This document shows, piece by piece, positions 1 to 7,467 of a DNA stretch of 8,553 nucleotides. The translations under genes and the position numbers were made by a program. Each line of letters begins with the position of its first letter. Within the stretch, counting starts at the first letter, position 1. The notes under the pieces were generated by a model. That model was not told the origin of the DNA and made no database searches. It saw nothing but the letters and a program-made list of their open reading frames with translations. Where the stretch lies: contig NW_021828399.1 of the NCBI RefSeq assembly GCF_006345805.1, positions 1-8,553 on the forward strand, read 5' to 3'. The stretch is from Octopus sinensis. Lineage: Eukaryota.

Positions 1-70
1 GTATGCGGATATACATATACAGACACATATACAAATAAATATATACATATATATATACATACATACAAAC

Positions 71-110
<40 letters not shown>

Positions 111-113
111 ATA
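1..113. repeat. Compound (TA)n/(TACA)n microsatellite
   Basis: Pure (TA)n at about 72-102, flanked by tacata/tgta variants. Confidence 0.95.
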
Positions 114-145
114 CCGGAGTAAACACATAACTGTGAAACAAGGTT

Positions 146-360
146 GAAAAAAGAGTATTCAAATACCAGTGGTAGAGTAATATGCTTTATTTAAAGGAGC
201 AGAAAATTCAACAAAACCTGTTACTCTGAGTTTCCCCTTGCTAGCAAAAACTGTCCGATGAACGGCAACGGGAAACTCAGAGTAACAGGTTTTGTTGAAT
301 TTTCTGCTGCTTTAAATAAAGCATATTACTCTACCACTGGTATTTGAATACTCTTTTTTC
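146..360. repeat. Long inverted repeat (fold-back): arms 146-241 and 265-360, 23-nt loop
   Basis: Arms read base by base as reverse complements (paired positions sum to 506). 94 of 96 positions pair; mismatches are G197/G309 and C237/C269. Confidence 0.97.
247..293 (+). ncRNA. Minimal type-I hammerhead ribozyme, variant core (CCGAUGA), PLE-type
   Basis: Stem I: CUGU 251-254 pairs with ACAG 285-288, and AAAA 247-250 with UUUU 290-293 (G289 bulged). Core CCGAUGA 255-261. Stem II: CG-GCAA-CG 263-270 with an A262/G271 mismatch. GAAAC 272-276. Stem III: ACUC-A-GAGU 275-283. Cleavage triplet GUA 282-284. Confidence 0.72.
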
Positions 361-504
361 CACACTCACGCACTGCTTGATCCGTGGCTGAAGACACTTG
401 CCTCCTTATTATGCAGGGGAGATGCACTCGAATCAGTGTAGTTGCAAAGCGAACTTGTTTCTTAACCTTGTAGCAAAAGCCTACAGCTATATCTACATCC
501 CACC

Positions 505-652
505 ATATATGCATACATATGTCCATGTGTGTGTGCGCGCGCATCGATATTTATGTATGTATATATATATATATATGGTGGTGTGTTTGTGTATTTGTGA
601 GTGTCTGTAAGTGTTTGTGCATGTGTACGTGTGTGTGTGTGTGAATGTGTGC
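505..652. repeat. Compound TA/TG/CG microsatellite region
   Basis: Runs of (TG)n, (CG)n, (TA)n and TGTA. The ORFs here are repeat translations. Confidence 0.9.
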
Positions 653-967
653 GGATGCGTTTCAAAATACGATTAACCAACTAATTATTCTTATTTCTCT
701 CCGTCTTCGTTTTTGGATAAAAGTTTATTATCTCATTTATATTAAAATCTTATCGCTTTATTTATAAGATATTCATTTGTTTTTTAAGACAAGTACTGCA
801 TTGTTACGCATTTAAATATAAACTTGAACATCGGTTCAACAAACTCCAATTTTTTCGGCTACCTATTTTATTAACTTCAGGATTATAAAACGTCCTCAGC
901 CAACATCGCCGTGATTTGAACTCCAACCATAAAGAAATGTTTGTAATAAATATAAGATATTTTTCAG

Positions 968-1081
968 CTGTTCTCTCAGTTTCCTATCGCTGCGGGAACC
1001 CCTACTTGGTCACTTGCCCTGATAGAAATAACAACCAAATTTCATTCAAATACAATCTCGTACTTCAGCTTCCACAGCTAG
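968..1081 (+). CDS. Candidate internal coding exon, phase 1-1, product unknown: (A)VLSVSYRCGNPYLVTCPDRNNNQISFKYNLVLQLPQL(G)
   Basis: Acceptor ttttcag ends at 967, with an in-frame alternative ctgttctctcag ending at 979. Strong donor TAG|gtaagc at 1081/1082. Length 114 nt; only one frame is stop-free across the whole exon; non-repetitive sequence. Protein family not recognised. Confidence 0.5.
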   Translation: MFSQFPIAAGTPTWSLALIEITTKFHSNTISYFSFHS

Positions 1082-1806
1082 GTAAGCAACGAGACGATCT
1101 CTGTTAAAATATCTTGAATCAAAGATCTGATGAGGAATGTACTCTCACTTCGATTTTGACCTATGGATGTTCACCTGTTCGATCACGTGATAGGTTTACT
1201 TATTTCATTATTATTTGATGTGGCTAAATATCCTGCACACACAGGCACTTTTGTTATGGGGATAATAATAATCTAATACTAACAGGACACCTCTCCCACG
1301 TTGTATGTGCTAGTCGTTACAAATACTGTGAAGTAGGGAGATGTCGAAAAGTCAGTAAAGTCGATCTTAGACATTCGTGTCTTTAGTTGTCTAACTAACT
1401 ATACTACCGTACAGGAGTGAACGTTACAACAGTCCGGCGTCAGATTTAAAAAGTTTCTATGTGATTTTCAAGCAGAATGAGAGTGATGCATGTATGAAAA
1501 CGCTGGACACTTGATTTCCAGATATAGTCCATCCGATTGGTTACTACACAGTATCTGGCAACCATGATTCACTACCTTCAAACCTAGCTGTGAGCACGTA
1601 CGCGTGTATGTACGTGCGTATGTATGTACCAATAGTGGGGATTCGGGTACACCAATGAGTTTTAGGTTTGTGGAACCACTTTTTGCCACTATTGATTCTA
1701 GGTTTACTGTGACCCAGAGTTTTAGCACCTGTCATGATCCAACTTACTGGTTAACTAGCATATGAGATGACAATTCATCTGAGCGTAGGGACATAGAAAT
1801 AGTCTT

Positions 1807-1893
1807 GCTTGACGTTAGGGCGCACAGTAAATCTACTGGGAGTGACGGACGCCTAGCTGTTGTCAGAGCATCCGTCTAGGAAAGGGTCACTCT
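1807..1893 (+). ncRNA. Possible degenerate HDV-like ribozyme fold
   Basis: P1 GCUUGAC 1807-1813 / GUCAGAGC 1862-1869 (one bulge). P2 GAGUGAC 1840-1846 / GUCACUC 1886-1892. P3 GAC 1848-1850 / GUU 1859-1861. 8-nt L3 GCCUAGCU. The P1.1 GG and the catalytic C are missing. Confidence 0.25.
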
Positions 1894-1987
1894 ACCTTAA
1901 AATCTAGAGCGATTACAGAATCCCGGAATGCACCCGGATAACTATATGTGTCAGATAAGGGAATAGGACAAGCATGTTGATGGAGAT

Positions 1988-2151
1988 GGGGAAGAGGAGG
2001 AAGAGGAGAAGAAGGAGGAGGAGGAAAGGGGAGGAATATGAGGAGGAGGAGGAGGAAAAGAAGAAGAAGAAGAAAGAGGAGAAGAAGAAGGAGAAGAAGA
2101 AGAAGAAGAAGAAGAAAAAGAAGAAGAAGAAAAAGAAGAAGAAGAAGAAGA
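1988..2151 (+). repeat. Polypurine (GAG)n/(GAA)n tract
   Basis: 164 nt, all purine except T2037 and T2039. Grades from GAG-rich to GAA-rich. The poly-K/E and poly-F ORFs are artefacts. Confidence 0.95.
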
Positions 2152-2766
2152 TATTTATTGTGTTAGACATGATATTAGAACGTGTTGAAAAAAACGTAAG
2201 ATGAAAAGCCAACCTGAACAAAAGCAGATCAGTTTGTAGAATTCCAAAAGTGATCAAGGAGAAGCTATCCACAACGATGCCTATGGAAGCTAACATTCTA
2301 ACCAGACAACAAATTCTCTCGAGTATAAGCCTGTCAAACTGGAATCGATTAACTAATGTCAAGCTGCTGAGTCAGAGCAGAAAACAACGAATCGATGCTC
2401 CAATAAACTTGATGAATAACGAGAAGAACATTAGGTTTGCAACACCATTTTCTGTTGGGCGGAGCAATGTCTGTCAAAATGAGAGAAGTAATAAAAAATC
2501 TTGGCTATCCGATTCTTGTGCTATGTTATTACACAGTATTTTAAATGATAGTGTTTCTGTAAATCCTGTCGGTCTTTTTATTGGGACTCCATGCCCAAGG
2601 GAAAGTTGTTAGCAGATGAGATATACTTACTGGAACATTTAATTTCTTTGATGAATGTGAATAAAGGGAGAGAGGGGAAAGTGACATTAGGATCCATGAA
2701 ACATAATTAAGATCTTCCAATTACTGGAGGCTACAAAAACTTTTAACAGTAGAAATGCTAAATGTC

Positions 2767-2798
2767 TATATATACATACATACATACATACATACTAT

Positions 2799-2889
<91 letters not shown>
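2767..2889. repeat. (TACA)n followed by interrupted (TA)n
   Basis: Seen directly in the sequence. Confidence 0.95.
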
Positions 2890-2892
<3 letters not shown>

Positions 2893-3079
2893 GAGTGGTG
2901 GTGTGGTAAGTAGCTTCCTTACCAACCGCATCGTTCCGAGTTCAGTTCCACTGCATGACAACTTGGCAAGTGTCTCTACTATATAGCCTGGGGCCGACCA
3001 AAGCCTTGTGAGTGGATTTAGTAGATGGAAACTGAAGAAGCCCGCCGTATATATATATATATATAATAATATATAATAT

Positions 3080-3127
<48 letters not shown>

Positions 3128-3354
3128 ATATATACTGTGTGGGTGTTTTTGTGTCTGTATTGTCCCACCACGATCACTTGACAGCCGATGCTGGTGTGTT
3201 TATGTCCCCGTAACTTAGCGGTTTGGTAAAAGAAACCGTAAGAATAAGTACCAGGTTTACAATGAAAAGGTCCTGGGGTCGATTTGTTCGACTAAAGGTG
3301 GTGCTCTAGCATGGTCGCAGTCAAATGACTGAAACAAGTAAAAGAGTAAAGAGT
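2890..3354 (+). mobile_element. tRNA-derived SINE (family A) with internal (TA)n
   Basis: A-box-like TGGTGGTGTGG 2896-2906 and B-box-like AGTTCAGTTCC 2939-2949. Head/body runs to 3047, (TA)n 3048-3134, 3' module 3135-3354 ending aaatgactgaaacaagtaaaagagtaaagagt. The 3' module recurs at about 4588-4772 and 7407-7467. Resembles Octopus SINEs (from memory). Confidence 0.8.
3048..3134. repeat. Interrupted (TA)n inside SINE
   Basis: Seen directly in the sequence. Confidence 0.95.
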
Positions 3355-4078
3355 CTATAATCTTTTAGCCAAAAGAGAAAGTAGTGGCAATGACCTGTTA
3401 CAGGTACAGTGAGACTAGCGCTGTGGTCCCCTATTTACAGTCCATTGTTGTTAAAATGTATCTACTTTTACGATAAACAAAATATTAAAAAATATTTTTA
3501 ATACTATTTTTAATATTTAATTATAAAAAATATAGGATCTTTTAAACATCGAATGACTATGGGGGTCCATCCGAGTAAACGAGAGTAAAAAAGGGTTGAG
3601 AAACACTAGACTAGCGGGAAGAGGAACAAGAGTAAGAAGAGGAAAGTATTCACATATTATAGATGAGGACCGAATGCATACAATAGAGTGAAATCTGTTA
3701 ATGTCAGCCAACATTCCAGGTGGTGGTGGTGTCGGTGGTGTTAATCTAAATAACAGATTAAGTCTACCATCACGTACGAGGTGACAGGATGTCAACTTAA
3801 GAACAAAACGAATGGGAATAAGTATCTTAATGTATTTGGACACGTGTTCGTAAAATTGCGCTTTGGATCGAGGTTATTTTAACTACACGAAAAGAATGAA
3901 AGGCATAGTACCGGCCCGGATCAACTAATACGTTTTGAGTGAATTTGAAAGACGCAAATTAATTAATCAACTAATCCCCACCACCACAAAAAAAACGAGG
4001 GAAGCACAAGAAAAAAACAACCTCGCAAAGACGTGGTACATGCAAAGTATTAGCAGACGCTCAGGGAACGAAAGAAAA

Positions 4079-4119
4079 GTAGTCTTACGTTCCAAGCAAA
4101 GCTCTTCATCAGAAACTCC
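4079..4119 (-). ncRNA. Degenerate minimal hammerhead ribozyme (second PLE-type family)
   Basis: Minus strand reads GGAGUUU-CUGAUGA-A-GAGC-UUU-GCUU-GGAAC-GUA-AGACUAC. Stem I has 5 bp (GAGUUU/AGACU region), stem II is 4 bp, stem III is the loopless palindrome ACGU. GGAAC replaces GAAAC. Confidence 0.6.
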
Positions 4120-4514
4120 AAGAGAAAAGGAAGACCTGTAGGCACATTATATGTATATATACCGAAAAGGAATAGGAATTTCAAAATCCCGGCAAATAAT
4201 TTATTAGCACTTTGTCGCAATCTGAACTTGGGTAACTTATGCCGACCTGTAGGATAATTAGGAAACGTGTAGCGCATATAATTACAGTTTTCCTTCTATC
4301 CCATGCGTAAATCCTGAATTCTTTTCGAAGAATTTCGCATAAAATTCCAAATGATATGAGACGGACACACTGAAGAATGGAGAATTGCACATCTTTAATT
4401 AGTAATTTACAGCATCAAGAGATGCTTGCATAACAGAAGCACGTATCGGTATCATATAATGTAATCTTTTAATTAGAGATGTGTATTTCTCTGATCTTTC
4501 TTGTGTCTTTCTAT

Positions 4515-4590
4515 ATATGCGAGTGTTGGTGTGTTTGTGTATGTGTGCCTGTGTGTATGCGTTTGTTTGTGTGTGTGTGTATGTACATTT
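4515..4590. repeat. Degenerate (TG)n microsatellite
   Basis: Seen directly in the sequence. Confidence 0.85.
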
Positions 4591-4772
4591 GTCTTTGTGT
4601 TTGTTTTCCTCCATCCACTTGACAACAGTGTTAGTAACTTGGTTGTTCGGCAAAAGAGACCAATAGAATATGTGCCAAACATTCAAATAATTACCGGGTT
4701 CAATTATTTAGCATAAACCCTTCAAGGTGGAGTCCCAGTCTGTCCGGAGTCCGATGAAATATACAGGTGAAA
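4588..4772 (+). mobile_element. Diverged copy of SINE family A 3' module
   Basis: cacttgacaac...gtaactt...ggcaaaagagaccaatagaata aligns by eye with cacttgacagc...gtaactt...ggtaaaagaaaccgtaagaata in 3170-3250. Boundaries are approximate. Confidence 0.65.
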
Positions 4773-4828
4773 GGTTCAATACCACAATACATTTTTGTTT
4801 GCTTGTTTGTTTGGTTGTTCTTTTGTAG

Positions 4829-4956
4829 TGAAAAATAAGAAAGCAGATTTAACTCACGCAGAAATCAAACCAGGGACCGCCAAACCTATGATAAAAGTTA
4901 TTTTTGTGCATGAGTTCAAATCCTTGCAGCATTCAAATTTACCTTTCATCTGTCAG
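4829..4956 (+). CDS. Weak candidate coding exon: (V)KNKKADLTHAEIKPGTAKPMIKVIFVHEFKSLQHSNLPFICQ
   Basis: Long T-rich tract ending ttgttcttttgtag at 4828, open frame entered in phase 1, moderate donor CAG|gtgatc (or a stop at 4975-4977). No family recognised. Confidence 0.25.
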
Positions 4957-5084
4957 GTGATCGATGATATTACATGACCGTTCAACACTTGACTTGACAT
5001 GATCGACTAAATTCATCGAAGACATTTCAACAGGAAATATTTGGTTTCAAGCATAGTGTATCTAGAACTTGCTTATTTAGTTCT

Positions 5085-5363
5085 ATCAGCAGCCCTTAAA
5101 CTCTTAACGCAAGAGCTAAAGCCGGTTTCTTTTGTGCATGAGTGAAATGAGATCATAACCTTAACGCCCTTGAAGGGGATGCTGGGGTCTTGGAATTGAT
5201 TGCTTCGCAGCCGTTGCAGAATCTCATTTGCTGTTGAGTGGATTGGAACAAGGTCGAATTTAAGGTTTTGTTCAAGAACACAACATAACATCTAGCTTGG
5301 GAACCAAAACTACGATCTTCCGATCGTGAGTGCAACACTTTAACCACTGGGTCAAGTGCCTTC
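5085..5363 (-). mobile_element. tRNA-derived SINE (family B)
   Basis: Minus-strand A-box TGACCCAGTGG (5354-5344) and degenerate B-box GTTTTGGTTCC (5310-5300). Body tgttcttgaacaaaac...ttccaatccactc is homologous to the copy at 6406-6564. The 3' boundary is approximate. Confidence 0.7.
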
Positions 5364-5508
5364 GCTAGAACCGCATTAATTGAAGTACCCTTCTGTTTAA
5401 ATAATTTAAGAGAAATTCGGTTACTTTTTCTAATGCATGGAAGCGTTTTTGTCGTGTCGGTGTCTGTCAGTGGTTAGATCACAGAATGTAATAGATATAA
5501 TGATAGGC

Positions 5509-5532
5509 CGACAGACAGACAGGCTGATAGAC

Positions 5533-5563
<31 letters not shown>

Positions 5564-5614
5564 CACACAAACAGACAGACAGACATGTGGGTAGGTAGGT
5601 AGGTAGGTAGGTAC

Positions 5615-5656
<42 letters not shown>

Positions 5657-5657
5657 G

Positions 5658-5695
<38 letters not shown>

Positions 5696-5754
5696 CACAC
5701 AAACAGACAGACATACATGTGGGTAGGTAGGTAGGTAGGTAGGTACATAGATAT

Positions 5755-5803
<49 letters not shown>

Positions 5804-5812
5804 GGATAGATG

Positions 5813-5871
<59 letters not shown>

Positions 5872-5899
5872 GGATAGATGGATAGATAGATAGATAGAT
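5509..5899. repeat. Compound (GACA)n/(GATA)n/(GGTA)n tetranucleotide array with an internal 132-bp-period duplication
   Basis: The 60-nt blocks 5561-5620 and 5693-5752 differ at one position. Confidence 0.95.
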
Positions 5900-6173
5900 G
5901 TTGGTTGATTAACGAAGACAACTAGAAAATAGCATGATTAATAAGGGGAGCCGTTATGTAGCCAAATAGCTCAATTAATTACTAACCAATGAAATACTTG
6001 GATTGGAACTAAAACTAATTAAAGCGTTACCATTGCAACTAAACTTTTATTCAGAGATCTAAATTAACTTCCAACACAAGGAATCATTGAAAGAAAAACT
6101 AATTAAAACGCTACTTCGTAGATTTTAAGATTTGATTGAGGATTTATAATTCGCAAGGAATTTTGATTCTTCG

Positions 6174-6287
6174 TTTAATTACGACTAATGATTCATTAAT
6201 GTGATATTTATTCATTATTTGGCTCAGTGTTTTTATGCTTCCTTCCAATTTGATTTCTTGCATTTCTTTATTTGACAACTCACGTTT
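6174..6287 (-). pseudogene. Possible relic of a pogo/Tigger (CENP-B N-terminal) helix-turn-helix
   Basis: KRELSNKEMQEIKLEGSIKTLSQIMNKYHINESLVVIK resembles the pattern KR..LS..E..EI....E.G.S...IA.KY.I.ES.V..IK (recalled). The frame stops shortly after; no DDE domain or TIR pair was found. Confidence 0.33.
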
Positions 6288-6405
6288 CTTTATGATCTTT
6301 CCTTCGGAAAATTGGCGTCGCATCAAATGAATAACTTCCATTGTTTTATTTAACATTAAAAGGAAATGTTAAATTTTTTATTTCATATTATAATGGATGT
6401 GTGAA

Positions 6406-6564
6406 AGCCTGTAACATTTTGGTCAGGGGTGCTGGGCCCAGGATCGTGAGATCGCGGTTTCGATTCCTAGACCGGCTGTGTGTTCTGTTCTTAAGCAAAA
6501 CATTTCATTTTATGGTATTCCAGCCCACTCTGTTGCAAGTTGGTAACTCTGCAATAGACTAGCC
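6406..6564 (+). mobile_element. tRNA-derived SINE (family B), partial
   Basis: B-box GTTTCGATTCC 6457-6467. caggatcgtgagatcgcggtttcgattcct matches cacgatcggaagatcgtagttttggttccc of the minus-strand copy. The A-box is degenerate. Confidence 0.7.
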
Positions 6565-6628
6565 TTAAGACCAAGAAGTATGTTGGCCTGCTTTCCTATA
6601 TAGTAGGGGTGGCATCATTTGAAAGCTA

Positions 6629-6772
6629 AATATATAGATATATAGAAATATAGATAGATAGATTGATAGATAGATACATACAAACATGCATAATACATAC
6701 ATACATATATATACATATATATATATATATGTATACATATAAAAACACACACACATGTATATATATATATCA

Positions 6773-6805
<33 letters not shown>

Positions 6806-6909
6806 GCATATATACATATATTATATATGCATATATGTATGTGTATATATAATTATTTATATATATATATATTTATATATACATATATATATATGTACAT
6901 ACATATAAA

Positions 6910-6955
<46 letters not shown>

Positions 6956-6960
6956 TATAT
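6629..6960. repeat. Compound TAGA/TACA/TA, (CT)n and (CA)n microsatellites
   Basis: Seen directly. (CT)n at about 6914-6940, (CA)n at about 6941-6954. Confidence 0.95.
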
Positions 6961-7268
6961 ATTCAATTAGACATTAAATTAGACTCATTAAAGTTTCATT
7001 GAAACAGTTGTAAGGGACTAAGTACGATTTTCGCAGATGTGCTAAGCGAGCTTCTTCACAACGCAACCATCATATGCAAAAGCATTTGAAATCATTTTAT
7101 CTTTCACCTGCCGCAGTTAGTATTCTGCTTCTATCAGAGGTGAACAGAAGCCAAACAAAGACTGCAGGTGCAAACGAAATAGCAATGACCTACATCACCT
7201 GTCTCGAAAGGGATTCTCACGTTTTCCACACGTAAAGTAATGTGTGTGCGTCTGTATTTGTTTCTATG

Positions 7269-7400
7269 CATACATACATACATACATACATACATACATA
7301 CATACATACATACATACATACATACATTCATACATACATACATACATACATACATACATACATACATACATACATACATACATACGTACATACATACATA
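7269..7400. repeat. (CATA)n array, about 33 units, 2 interruptions
   Basis: Seen directly in the sequence. Confidence 0.97.
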
Positions 7401-7406
7401 GGCTTT

Positions 7407-7467
7407 GCTCCTCCATGGCCGCAATGAAATGACTGAAACATGTAAAAGAAAAAGGAATAAAAGAATA
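7407..7467 (+). mobile_element. 3' tail fragment of SINE family A
   Basis: gctcctccatggccgcaatgaaatgactgaaacatgtaaaaga matches gctctagcatggtcgcagtcaaatgactgaaacaagtaaaaga at 3303-3345. Confidence 0.8.

Larger units (their letters stand above)
114..360. mobile_element. Penelope-like element terminal repeats in inverted orientation (remnant)
   Basis: A minimal hammerhead, AATAAA (315-320, mirrored at 186-191), an inverted 5'-truncated second copy, and a 32-nt extension (114-145) ending in (TA)n match the described PLE terminal-repeat architecture. No RT or GIY-YIG ORF is seen. Confidence 0.6.

Noticed and set aside
388-445. CUGAAGA ... GAAUC-AGU-GUA as another hammerhead
   Set aside because: GAAUC rather than GAAAC, no stem I pairing and an unconvincing stem II.
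860-935. Possible decayed SINE fragment (similar stretch at about 3871-3925)
   Set aside because: The resemblance is only to a remembered consensus and is too weak to support without a database search.
1127-1160. Canonical CUGAUGA motif
   Set aside because: No GAAA follows and no stem I or stem III is present.
2250-2612. 120-aa non-repetitive ORF
   Set aside because: No recognisable motif and no convincing splice sites or start context.
3483-3503. 9-bp AT-only hairpin (similar 10-bp one at 6348-6374)
   Set aside because: Expected by chance in very AT-rich sequence; no terminator or TIR context.
4751-4775. CCGAUGA ... GAAA motif
   Set aside because: No stem II or NUH triplet; it lies in the decayed SINE tail.
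6011-6114. 20-nt direct repeat with 18/20 identity (6011-6030 and 6095-6114), and a 10-nt gacctgtagg repeat at 4133 and 4244
   Set aside because: Only two copies each and low complexity or short; not an array, CRISPR or clear target-site duplication.
7117-7235. Possible exon after ccgcag or ctatcag acceptors
   Set aside because: Ambiguous acceptors, weak donors and no recognisable peptide.
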